Assembly: GCA_033442325.1 (NCBI GenBank)
Contig: JAWQFM010000013.1
Span: forward strand, 506,929 to 570,928
Reading direction: 5' to 3'
Origin: Salpingoeca rosetta
Lineage: Eukaryota; Protista; Choanoflagellata
Length of the DNA: 64,000 nt
Under the pieces are notes generated by a model. It had not been told where the DNA came from, ran no database searches, and was given only the letters and a program-made list of their open reading frames with translations. The translations under genes and the position numbers were made by a program. Within the stretch, counting starts at the first letter, position 1. Each line of letters opens with the position of its first letter. Positions 45,601 through 57,819 of this stretch are shown here, one piece after another.

Positions 45601-47146
45601 GCAGCGACGACTGCAAGCACTGGAGGAAGCAGCAGAAGAGGTGAGCACGTGCAAACACTCAGAGCAACACGCACACACATATACACACGCACACACACAC
45701 ACATACGCACACACACATACGCACACACACATACGCGCGCACACACGCACGCACGCACACACGCACGCACACACACCGTGGAGCTTCTCGTGACCCAAAG
45801 TGTTGGTTTTTGTGTTGTGTTTTTCTCAGCTATCCCTTTTTTATCAATTCATCTGCGCGCTGTTGTGTTGTTGGTTTTGTTGACAACGCGATCAGGTTGA
45901 GAGTTCATATGACGAGAAGCTGAAGAAGATGCAGAAGCAGCGCGATGACGCCAAGAAAATTGCAAACATGCTGCAGGACAGCATTGCAAACTTGCGCATG
46001 GTACGTGCACGTGCACGTGCATGCGTGCAACGTAAAGGGCGACTGCACGTGTGTGTGTGTGTGCTTGTGTTGTCGTACCTTGTCTTGTGTTGTACTTCAT
46101 TGTGCGACGTATCACTGTGTTGGCCGATTTGTTGCTAAAGACCCCCTCTCCTACCAGCAACTCACCCCACTTGCTTTTCATACACTCGCTCGCTCATTCA
46201 TACACTCACTCGCGTATTCACACACACACACACACTAACGCACTGTGCCATGTATCACAGGATCTTGCGGACAGCAAGAATGAGTCTGCTGCGCGCATTG
46301 CTGAGTTGGAACAAGAGCTAACAGAGGCAAAGGAAGCGGCGGCAGTGGTCACCCCGTCATCGTCCACGGAATCAACCGCCACACCGGCGCCATCACCTGC
46401 TACAGCAGCCACACCTGCTTCAATCACGCCACATACTTCGCAGCACGACACGACCGCCGAGCGCGAGGAGCCCATGTTCCTGTCCCGCCTCAAAGCATCC
46501 GTCAAGTGAGTGGGGAAAGGGAGGGGAGGAAAGAGTGGAAGTAAGAGGGAAGAATGAAAAGACGTGAAGGGATTGGTGGTGGAAAGGGAAGGGATGGGAA
46601 GGGAAGGGGAAGGGAAGCAGTGGACACTGTGTGCTTTTGAGCCACGACACTCGCTCACGCATACGTGACACGTGTCCTGCCACTCTCGTGCGCGCCTTCT
46701 TGGCTCATGTGGGTGCGACCTGACTGTACGATGTGTCATAACTTGCTTGCAGGCAATCGTGTGATGACATGCGCAAGGGCCTCAATTCTGCGGACGACGG
46801 CGCAGCAGCAGCAGAGAGGATCCGTGAGCTGGAAGCAGCGCTGGCAAACGCCGAGGAGGAGTTCCAGACGCAGCGGGCAGCCAACGGGTTTCGCATGGTG
46901 TCCTTGTCCTCGCAGGTGTACACGTTGGAGCAGGCCAACCAGGACCTGGAGAGGCAGATTGCCACGCTGCGGTCGTCACTGACAGATGCGCTTGTGCAGC
47001 ACCTGCTTCCACTCTCCAACCTCAAGACGACACAAATCCAGCAGATGCTGCACTCGGCTTCCTGCCCTGCTGCGACCGGGGAGGACGCGAGCGCAGGCAG
47101 TGCACACGAGCACGTTGCAGTTCCGCAGGGCAACACCTTGGTTTAG
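40670..47146 (+). CDS. GAS2-type calponin-homology domain protein with long low-complexity linker and C-terminal coiled coil
   Basis: [60 protein letters not shown] matches the GAS2-family CH domain (GSFFARDNxxNFLxWC). Heptad-rich exons from 45237 to 47146. No GAR domain recognised. Confidence 0.75.
45051..45128. repeat. Left arm of ~80 bp intronic inverted repeat
   Basis: GGATAGTTGAGCAAAACACAACACAAAAACCAACACTCTGGGTCACGAGAAGCTCCACGGTGTGTGTGCGTGCGTGTG is the reverse complement of 45758-45835 with 3 differences. Confidence 0.95.
45343..45420. repeat. (GTTGT)n pentanucleotide repeat, intronic
   Basis: About 15 units in the intron between the two cassette exons. Confidence 0.9.
45758..45835. 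repeat. Right arm of ~80 bp intronic inverted repeat
   Basis: ...CACCGTGGAGCTTCTCGTGACCCAAAGTGTTGGTTTTTGTGTTGTGTTTTTCTCAGCTATCC, complementary to 45051-45128. Confidence 0.95.
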
Positions 47147-47638
47147 GGCATTGATAGATTGATCATCAGCGGCATGAATGCTTGATTACATCTATGAATG
47201 GTTTTTTGTGTTGCTTCCTTTCTTCTTTTGCTTGTTTGCTTGTGTGTTGCTTGTTTGCTTGTTTGCTTGTGTGTTGTTGGGTTCTGTTGTTGCCATCTCT
47301 GCGATGCGCGTTCCCTCCCTTGTTTTCCCATTCTCCCATTGTTCCGTCCTGTTCTCACTGGCCCAAAGACCTGTGTCTGGGTGTCTCAGCCTTTCTTGCT
47401 TTTCACCATCCCTAAAACGGCGCTTCACACCAACCGCAAGCCGCAAGCAAGGGGGAGAAGAGGGTGAAAGGGTGAAGAGAAGAGGGTGAAGAAGAAGAGG
47501 TCTGAAGAAGAAGAGGGTGAAGACTGCCAGCAGCGCGCAGCCACACCGCTTTGCGGAAACGTGTTGGATATCATTCAATAATTGTCCGCAAACAACTGCG
47601 CACGTTGGGGAAGAGTGCAGCAGTGAACGACGACGATA

Positions 47639-47870
47639 ATGGAGACGAAGGCAATGGCGCACGGTTATGGCGCAGGGAGGAGGCGAAGGGCCACAGGACA
47701 CGATGAGCGCATCAACATCTACATCACATGTGGCCAGCCACTCATCTGGTCCCCAGAAGGTGCGCCCATGAGCAGTGCATGCGTGCGTGTGTGTGTGTGT
47801 GTGTTATGTGAGTTTGTGCATGTGTGTGTGTGTGTGTTGCACCTGTTCAAGGCAACAGAGGCTCATCCGT

Positions 47871-47962
<92 letters not shown>

Positions 47963-48068
47963 CTTTCCTTTTGTCTACATTGGCGTGCAGAGCAAGAAGT
48001 GCTGCGAAAACAGTACAACATCGTCTGCTATCCAATCGGAACATTGCCCAACAACGTCACACAGGTGC

Positions 48069-48105
<37 letters not shown>

Positions 48106-50165
48106 CGTGTGCGTGCTGTGTGAACTTTGCCTTCTTGTGTCCTTGTGCACATGTGTGTGTGTGTGTGTGTGTGTTCACCTTGCGCTCGAGATACTCGTCC
48201 TCATCACTGCACGCGCCCTTTTTCCAATCCCGCTGTGCACAGAACATCTTTAAAGGCGTTCCTTACATGATTGACAAAGAGGCAGTGCGCCTACTTCTTG
48301 ATTTCGGTGCGTGTGTGTGTGTGTGTCATGAGAGGGAACTGGCACATGGCATGCGTCTCCCTTGCCACATTCGCAACCCCATGTATGCTGATGACACGTT
48401 CACGTCCCCTGCCCACCTCTTAGACAAGGCGCAGCTGTGGAGCGGCGACGATCTGGCTCCGTTGCTGCCTATGGACGTTGCCTCACTGCAGCGGCATCGC
48501 CTCGACAGCATCATGCTCCAGGTAACGAGCATACACGCACACGCACACGCACACACACATACAACAGCATGTGTGAATGTGCGCGCTCTGGTGGTTGTGC
48601 ACACACACGATATCCAAGGTTTCTGACCAACACACTGCTCACAGAAAGGCCTGCATGCTGCTGTTGTGTCGTCGTCGTCGTCGTCGTCGTCGTCGTTGTT
48701 GTTGTTGTTGGGTGTGGCAGCTGGACCATTTCCTGTATGGGACGCGCGGCTCAAGGCTGCACTTATCCGAGGACAATGCACCGAAGAAAGCCAAGCGGGG
48801 AGCTCAGGATGGCGGCAGGACGATGCACCACGACGGTGGCACTGGCGATGGCGGTGATGACAATGAATGTGATGACGATGATGATGCTGACGACGATGGT
48901 GACGATGTGCAGGATGGTGGTGATGCGAATGTGGGAACAGGCGCAGATGTTGACGACGATGGTGACGACCGTAATGAAGCGGGGAATGCGAGCGGACCAA
49001 GCGAAGGCGGAGCAGAGCCCAAATCGCGAGCGCGGCGGGTGGTATCATGGGTCCTAAATCGTCTGGACGTGCAACGCTGGCTTCCGGTAAGCACACACAC
49101 ACACACACACACACACACGTGGACAAAAACACACGTGAAACCGAACGCACACACACGTGAACACACACACACTCACTCACTCATACACACACACACACAC
49201 ACTCACTCACTCATACACACACACACACACACACTCACTGTGTGTTCAGTTTCCGTGGACGGAGCGCGGGCGGGCGCTGGTGCAGAAGGACATGGATGCA
49301 TTCAAGGCCCTCGACCCAGACCGCGAGCAGCCGCCAACACACAGCGATGACAACGACGACAAGGGCGGCGGTAATGATGATGGCGATGGTGAAGAGAAGG
49401 AGGGCGTGCGCGGTAGTGATAGCGCAGCACACAGTGCGAATGACACATCAGCACCAGGGCAGGTCGGGTCTTCGGCGTCACGGGAGGTGGTGTGGTGTAA
49501 TGCACGGCGTGACATGGGTGCCCGTCTGGCATCGTGTCGTGTTGTTGTGCCGCACGTTGCCGCTGCCCTGCGTCACCGCCGCCGCCCTTTCCTCAAGCGC
49601 GCGTTCAAGTTCCCGGAGACGGCAGAAGAGGTGACACGTGCAGCGTGGAAATTCGGGAGGGGAGGGAGAGTGTCATTGATGTGTACGTACGTGTGTTTCT
49701 TGTGTACGTGTGTGCGTGTGTGTACGTGTGTGTGTGTGTGCGTGTGTGTGTGCGTGCGTGTGTGTGTGTGTTCTCTGTTGAGCGTGTTTGTGTTGCGCTT
49801 GTTGTGAGTGTTGTATGCATGTGAGCAAAGCCCTCCCCCGCCGCCCATTTGGCCATGGCCACACCTGCTCACCTCCCCAGCTCACCACGTCATCACACCC
49901 TCCACCGGATCAACAGAAGCGCCACTACGCCGTGTATCGTGATCTCGTCATGCGCGGGTACTTTCTCGGGCCCGGCATGAAGTTTGGTGGACACTACCTC
50001 GTCTACCCGGGCGACCCATACCGCTACCACTCACACTTTGTAGCCATTGTTGTTGATCACGCCGGCCCAATCCACCCACTTGACATTGTCGCAGCTGGCC
50101 GCCTCGGTGCGTGTGCGTGCATGCGTGTGTGCGTGTGTGCGTGTGCGTGCGTGCGTGCGTGCGTG

Positions 50166-50252
<87 letters not shown>

Positions 50253-50433
50253 CCCGAACCGTTCATTCCCCCCTGAGTACAGCTGTAGCGTTCCGTCCAC
50301 CTCCTGTTCTCACCTCCTGTTCTTGCGTGAATGTTTGACAGGTACTGTTGTGAAGAAGGCGCCACTGCTGTGTTCTGTGGATGACGATGGAAACGTGCAC
50401 TACCTCTCTTTGCAGTGGACCGGGATGAACTGA
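47639..50433 (+). CDS. TSEN34: tRNA-splicing endonuclease catalytic subunit Sen34
   Basis: LRKQYNIVCYPIGTLP..QNIFKGVP, and VYRDLVMRGYFLGPGMKFGGHYLVYPGDPYRYHSHF..GRLGTVVKK..YLSLQW. The catalytic Tyr/His/Lys triad is intact. Confidence 0.93.
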
Positions 50434-50572
50434 TGCTTGCAGGCATCAAGAACGCAGTATAGCCGCTTCAACACGCCACCCATGTGTGTTGTCCGACCCC
50501 TACGGTACAGAATAAATAAATAATGTGCACTCACGTCAGCCCGAGCACGCATCGTGTTTGTCTCTCTACCTT

Positions 50573-50638
50573 TCTCCTCCTTCTCCTTCTCCTTCTCCTT
50601 CTCCTTCTCCTTCTCCTTCTCCTTCTCCTTCTCCTTCT
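50573..50638. repeat. (CTCCTT)n hexanucleotide repeat
   Basis: About 11 units between the convergent TSEN34 and EPDR-like genes. Confidence 0.9.
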
Positions 50639-50997
50639 CTCTCTCTCTCGCTCGCTCTTTTACTTGTGTACTGCTTTGAGGCAGCAAGACGGGTGTACAT
50701 ATACACGCACGATGGGTGTCCAAGGAAAGAGAAGGAAGGGGGGATGTGATGTGACATGAAACGCAGGTGCACACAGGAAAAAAAGAGGGGAAGCAGTGGG
50801 AGGGCACAGTCGCGATCTTGCGCGCATATGGCACGGCGGATGCTGGGCAGCGCAGCCAACCCCAAAGAAAGCAGGATGGGTGAAATGATCGAAACGACCA
50901 AGGAGAAATGAGAAAATGAGGAATTGTTGGAGACGGTTGAAGAAGGTGCGACCACATGCAAGCAACACTCACGCTTGCAGCGGCCAAGGCGGCAGCG

Positions 50998-52556
50998 TTA
51001 CTCGTGGTGGCACTCCTCGGGCACGTCAAATGCCTGCAAGCAACGGAGGTGTGTGCAGGTTGAGGTGGGTGGTTGGTGGTGAAGATTATTTGGTCACAAA
51101 ACAAAAGAAACGCTTGAAGAGGCGCGGCAAGAAGTACATGAACACATGAGCTTTTACACATACAGACAGCCAAACAGACACACATCCCTACCTTCTGGTC
51201 CGGCTTGGAGGCATCAAACTTGCGGAAGAAGAAGCGAGAAAAGTCGTGGACGGATTCGCGCTCAAAGGCAACGGGGGTGTTTGGATCCGTCTTGCCAACC
51301 GCAACGAAGAGACGCGTGCCACCGAAGCGGGCCTCCCACGCGTCGAGAGTGCGCTCACGCACGCGGTGCTCGCCGATATACGTTGCGTTGCGCACCCAGT
51401 CGAACGGGTGTGGGGCGCTGCCACGAAGCTCGCGCTCCTCACAGTGGCGCATGTCCTCGCTGTTGATGGTGTACTCGCGGTGGAGGTCATAGCGCTGCAG
51501 GCCGAGCACGTGCAGCACGTGCATGCGGTCGCGGAAGTCGTACCGCTCGACAGCCTTGCCATCCTGCTGGTCGTGTGCCCAGAAGCCCTCGCCAAAGTGC
51601 GTGGCGTTGTGGCTGTCCTCGTGGAACTCCACTTCAATCTCGGACATGAAGGTGTCGGGGATGTTGGGGCGGGGTGGGTCGGCGGCGAGCAGGACGCCGG
51701 CGTTGTGCTGGCACTCCTCGGGGATGTTGAAGAAGCGGGAGGGCGGGGTGGTGGTGTTGAAGTCGCGGAAGTGGTAGCGGGTCATCTCGTGTGCAGATTC
51801 GCGCTCGGAGACAACGGGGCGGTTGGGGTCGCTCTTGCGCACGCCAACGAACAGACGAACGTTGCCGAAGCGGCTCTCCCACGCATCAAGCTTCTCGCCG
51901 TGGTGGTCCTGTTTGAAAACGAGTTTGTTTGTCACAGGTGAGCTTGACTTACATTAACAGCGATGACGGAAACAGGTAGCCAGGAGAGGGAAACAGACAG
52001 CCAAGACAAGGGCTTAAACTGGGGGAGCAAGCGCGTGCGTGCATGTTCTGCAAACACACATGCACAGTTCACAGAGGCATTCGGCTGCAGATGTTGCGCG
52101 TACACAAAACAGCAAGGACATGTACAAAGGTGTGCGCACAATACTGAACACTGGTGAACACCAGTAATGTGAACGCACGTGCTCGCCGACGTAGTGGGCG
52201 TCCTTGACCCAGGCAAACGGTGCAACGAAGGAGCTGTTGAGGTCATGGACGCGGCAGTCGTGGGGGTCCTCGCTGGAGATGAAGAACTCCTTCTTGAGGT
52301 CCCAGCGCTGGAGGCTGAGGAGGTGGAAGACGCGGAAACCCTCGTGGAAGTCGTAGCGCTCCGCAGAGCGGCTGCCGGCGGCGTCGGAGGCAAAGAAGCC
52401 CTCGCCAAAGCGCGTGCGGTCGCGTTCATGCAGCTCGACCTCAGCCATGGAGAGGAAGGTCGCAGGGATGTTGGGCCGGGGCGGCTCCTGCGCCAGCACA
52501 CCCGGCGTCGCTGCGATCGCAGCCACAAAAACAGCCAGCACAACAAGCAAGCGCAT
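50998..52556 (-). CDS. Secreted protein with two tandem ependymin-related (EPDR/LolA-fold-like) domains
   Basis: Signal peptide MRLLVVLAVFVAAIAA. Two ~190-aa repeats each start PPRPNIPxTF, contain FGEGF, ERYDF, C..L....PFxWVxxAxYxGEH..LDAWExRFG, and end F(N/D)(I/V)PEEC, like the EPDR terminal FxxPxxC. Three exons. Confidence 0.7.
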
Positions 52557-53246
52557 CGCTGGTACTGGAACAAGCCTCAGATGAGAAGGTGAGAAAGCTG
52601 AGAAAGGTAAAAGGTCGTTGTTGTTTGTTTGGTCTGCTGTGCATGGGATCGTGGGAAATGAGGGTGCACAGTGTGTGTTGTGAGTTGTGAGTTGAGGCAA
52701 GCAACAAGGCCAAAGAAGAGGCTCAGAAAGGAAGAAGAAAGAAAGGCGCTCATGGGGTGGGGTGGCGCAGTAGCAGCACAAGAGTGCAGTGGCTTGCTTC
52801 AGTGCAGCTTCTTGCTTGTTGTGCGTTGTTTTTTTTGTTTTGGGAGAACGGGTGACATTTAGGTGACAGCGGTGGCGATGTCGCGATGTTTGGGGGGAAA
52901 TGACGTAATTGTGGCTTTTGTGGTGTCGCATGCGAAAATGCGCGGCGCGACCGGCGGGGTTTTTCGTGAACGATGCTGATGTGCAAGACAACATGGCAGC
53001 AAGCCAGCAGCACCACAAGCACAAGCAGCACAAGCAGCACAAGCAGCACAACATGTTGCAGCCACACGGACACAGCCGTGGTGTGACATGAGAGAGATGT
53101 GGAGGTGGCTCAGTTGTTAAAAGGTGAGTTAGTTAGTCAGGGGTTCACACGACACATATCCCACGCCCGCCCACTCTTACCACGTACGTCGTCGCCAACA
53201 CACCACGACCACAGACGAGAAGGAAGTGCGCTGACAGGCCGACAAG

Positions 53247-53869
53247 ATGGGGGATGGCACGGTGACGGGCGAGCACGCAAGCCCACTTGCAGCAAAGAAG
53301 GTGTTGGTGATTGGAGCTGGCGCAGCTGGGCTGGCGTGCGCATGGAGCCTTGCGCGGTTCCCAGACAAGTTTGAGGTGCATGTGTGGGAGAAGGAGGCGC
53401 AGGCCGGTGGCGTGTGCACCTCGGAGGACGTGGGCAACGGCGACTGGATCAACGACGGCGTGCAGGGCGCTGCGCCATCCTACAGGAACACGTTCCTCTT
53501 CCACGACCAGTTTGGCTTCAAGCACGAGCCCGTGCACATGAAGGTGGCGTTTGGCAAGGGCCCCACAGCATGGAACAACGTTGCGCCAACGCCGCTCATC
53601 CACGAGCACCAGCGCGAGATTGAGCGCTTCGGCCGTGTGCTCAAGCACATCATGCGGCTCAAGTTCATCTACGCGTTCATCCCCATCCGCCGCGTCCTGG
53701 CCCTGCACCGCTTCTCCAAGTCTTTCCGCGACCACCTCGTCTTCCCTCTCACGGCACTCTTCTTCGGCACGGGCAACCAGGTGTGGTGACGTGGCTTTTG
53801 ACATGCGTGGCTTTTGACAAGCGTGGCTTTTTGACATGCGTGGCGTGCGCCCGAAACACCCCCAACCCC

Positions 53870-53912
<43 letters not shown>

Positions 53913-54661
53913 TTTTGACTTTACTTCTTCTTGACCGCACCTTCATTGTCGGCATTGTGTTGTGCAAATGTCAACGCCACCCATGACACGCCCTTTCCTT
54001 GCGACGTCTGCTCTGTATTGTACAGACGCCACGTGTATCGTCTGTGGTTGTTGCCAGCGTGTTCTTGGACCCGGACGTGCGTCTGTTTGACTACGACCCA
54101 GAGCGGCTGCTCAGCCAACAGCCCGACTTTTACGCCTTCAAGAAACTCTCAGACGTCTACGGCACCATCGCAGGTGCGCATGCACATATTGTGTGTTGTA
54201 TGCTGTGCGTGCGTGCGCATGTGTTGTGTATGCTTGTGTTGTGTATGAGGTGAACACGTGACCCCTTTGTGCATGATGCACACGCGCTTGCCGCACAGTG
54301 TGCGGGTTTGTGCGCGTTACTGCGTTCTGATGTGTCGACTGCTCTGTACGCTGGATCCCGAAAATGTGGTTGAGTGTCTACACCGACAAGCGATTGCTGC
54401 AACACCTTCATGTCCTTCATGTACACTTCATCATGCAGGCGGGATTGGTGCGCACATGCACTACAACCGGCCAATTGCGCAGATTCGGCGCAGGAACAAC
54501 AAGGTGCATGCCACGGACGGCGCCGGTGTTGAGGAAGTGTTTGACGAGGTCGTCTTCTCCTGCAACGCGGAAGCAGCGCTCAAGTCCCTCCAGCGGCCAA
54601 GGTGTGCACGTGTGCATGTGAATCTTGGAGGAGGGGGGAGGGTAGGGTGCGCGTGTAGCGT

Positions 54662-54738
<77 letters not shown>

Positions 54739-56046
54739 GTGTGCGCGCGTGTGTGTGTGCGCGAGTGCGTGTGCCATTCCTTTGCGTAGCATGTGCGTAG
54801 CCTGTGCGTCGTAATCTTTGCGGGAGTAAACCCTGGCATGTGCTTGTGCACCAGTCGCGCCATACTTGCCCGTAACCTGTCGCACTCTGCCAACGCGTAG
54901 GTTTTGGGAGCGCTTTGTGCTCGGCCACGTGCGCTACTTCAACGATGTGACCGTCACACACGAGGACGAGGCGGTGAGCATGCTTGGTGTGCAATGCGCT
55001 TGCGTGTGTGTGCATGCATGCGTGTGTGTGTGTGCGTGTGCGTGCGTGTGTGCGTGTGTGTGCGTGTTGTGTGCATTGACAAGTACCTAGTGTCATTGTG
55101 ACAACATCGTCTTCCCTCTGAGTGTCCCATGCTCCTGCCCATCTCTGCACCACACACATGGGTGAACGTGCGTCTCACTTTGTCACCACCACCACCACCA
55201 TCACGTGGGTTTCAATGGTTCCGGTCGCAGTACATGCGTCGGCACTACGAGTTTGACAACGAGCGCGGTGACATGTACTTCATCCGCACAGATCCAGACA
55301 ATAGCGAGGTGCGCGGATGCACGTATTTGCATGCTTTCGTTTGCGTGTGTGTGTGTGTGTGTGATCCGTCTCTCCACTACAGATACCTCTGTCTTTTGTT
55401 CGCCTTTGTGTCCTTCACGCTCTTCTCAACCCTGACATCCTTTCCCAACACACACACACACACACACACACGAAACATTGTAGGTCCTTGAGATGAGCTT
55501 CAACCTGAGCAACTATCAGGGTCAGCTGCGTGGGAGTGGCCGCAACGTGTACCAAACCATCTTCCTCAACGACGAAATCCGCCAGCGCTGGACAAAACCA
55601 GACATTGCAGAAGACAAGGTACAAAGCTGCAGCGTAGAGAGCGGAAGGTGGGACAATGGGTCAGGAGCGGGTGACATTTGTTTGCTGTGTATTCGCATGA
55701 GCACACAGCTGAGCGTCACTGCCATGTGAACACAATCACAAGTTGCACGTCATCACAAGCTGAACACCGCCACATCAGAAGCTTACACGCACACGTGCAT
55801 GCATGTGTGTCCTTACCCGGTTTACGGTACTGCAATGCAGGTTTTGATGGAGAAGTGGTGGAGGCAAATGTCCCACACGTGGCGCCACTTTTTGTTTGTG
55901 GTGCCATGGGTGCGCTTCATGCAAGGCAGAAAGGTGTGTGCAGCAGCCCGTGGCGCACTCTCTCTCACATGCAGCGACAACATGCATTGTTTCACGAATG
56001 TTTGCTTCGCTCGTTCACTCACACACGCACACACACTCACACACAT

Positions 56047-56090
<44 letters not shown>

Positions 56091-56611
56091 GCTCTCTCCC
56101 TCCCTCTCTCTCTGTCTGTCTGGTGCAGCATACGTGGTACTGTGGCGCGTACACGCTGTTCAACACGCATGAGCTGGCCATTGTGTCGGGCCTGGCTGTG
56201 GCGCAGCGCCTGGGTGCCGACTACCCCTTTGACCACGACCAGCTTGCAGCCACCCAGTTTGACAAGCTCATGCAGGTTCGTGTGTGTGTGTGTGCGTGTG
56301 TGTGTGCGTGTGGGTGGGTGTTGTTGTGGAAGCAGTTGTGGCTGTGGAAGCAGTTGGGCTGTGGAAGCAGATGTGGCTGTGGACGCAGTTGTGGCTGTGG
56401 ACGCAGTTGTGGCTGTGGACGCAGTTGTGGTTGCGCTTCTTGCGCCTCCTTTGCGCCCCCTTGCATCATTCCCTCTCATCCAACAACATCCGCATGCATC
56501 CACACACGATCGTTGGTTTCTCTGCTGCAGATTTCGCACGGCGTGAACCGCCACAAGCGCTCGTGGTGGCGTTGCTTCTCTCGACGTCGTCGTCGCACAT
56601 CTTCCCCTTGA
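53247..56611 (+). CDS. FAD/NAD(P)-binding oxidoreductase (flavin amine oxidase-like)
   Basis: Rossmann motif VLVIGAGAAGLACAWSL..VWEKEAQAGG, then INDGVQG, FPLTALFFGTGNQTP, FDEVVFSC, WYCGAYTLFNTHELAIVSGLAVAQRLGADYPF; phase-consistent exons. Confidence 0.85.
56323..56430. repeat. 18-bp minisatellite (GTGGCTGTGGACGCAGTT-like) x6, intronic
   Basis: Tandem units visible directly. Confidence 0.85.
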
Positions 56612-56656
56612 GCCAGCATGTATCACACACAAGAGAGAAAGAGAGAGAAAACAAAG

Positions 56657-56748
<92 letters not shown>

Positions 56749-57588
56749 TCATGTCACACAGACACACACACAGACACACACACACAACTGCTGCCGTGAT
56801 TTTTGTGTTGACGACGAATAAACATGGAAAATATGTACAAATTATCGGTGTCTTGCCGCGCTTTCCGTTTTTTCTTTCCTCCTTCGTTCGTTCGTGCACG
56901 TTCGTGCTTCTTGCTTCTTCTTCATGCGCACCACTTCTCAGCAGCCAATATCGCCCTCAACCCACCAACCGCATTGCCAATCAACGGCTTGCATACGCCT
57001 CCCTCACACCCCCTGGCTTGCTTTGAGAGCCACAGAGTGAGCAACGCGTTGGACTGTGACCATATTCACTGTCGGCAACAACAACGCAATAAGACAGCGC
57101 TTGTGACACGCCATCAACCAGACAGCAGAAAGCAAGCAGCGAGCAGCCCATTCCCCGATTGTTTCTTGTGGCGCGGTTCTGCCGCGTGATCGTTCTCGAT
57201 CCTTGTCGTTCTTCTTCTTCCTCTTCGTTCTTGCTTGGAGGTGAGTGGAGCCACCATGCATTGTCTGCAGGCCACTTTTGACTTCTTTTGCAGAGGGTGC
57301 TGTTCGCTTGTCCGGTGTGGGTGCCGCGTGCGTGTCCTCATGTTGACGCGGCGCCTCTGCTTTATCTCTGAACCGCATGCGCCGTGTCATCTCTTTTTTT
57401 TTCGTGACTGACACCATCATCCGCAACTCCGTCTCTCCCCCTCTCTCTGTCTGGCTTGTGTGAAACTTTCACTCTTACACACACTCATACACACAAACGC
57501 GCGCAAACACATACCTCACTCATGCTCATTGAGCAGGTAGAGTCGGCGTGTCGTTTCCCATTTTGCGAGAACTATGTCAACACTGGCC

Positions 57589-57727
57589 ATGTCGTGCGCG
57601 TCTGTGAAGCGAACACATGATGGCCCCATTCCAGAACCACAGGCAGGCATGAGCGACATGTCGCTCTGGGATTCCCCGCAACAAACCAAGAAGTGCCGCA
57701 TGATGGCGCCTCCAAGTACGTACAAAC

Positions 57728-57819
<92 letters not shown>

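Noticed and set aside
53790-53845. Short direct repeats (also 22243-22350, 56323-56430) as a CRISPR-like array
   Set aside because: No unique spacers; these are ordinary intronic minisatellites in a eukaryote.
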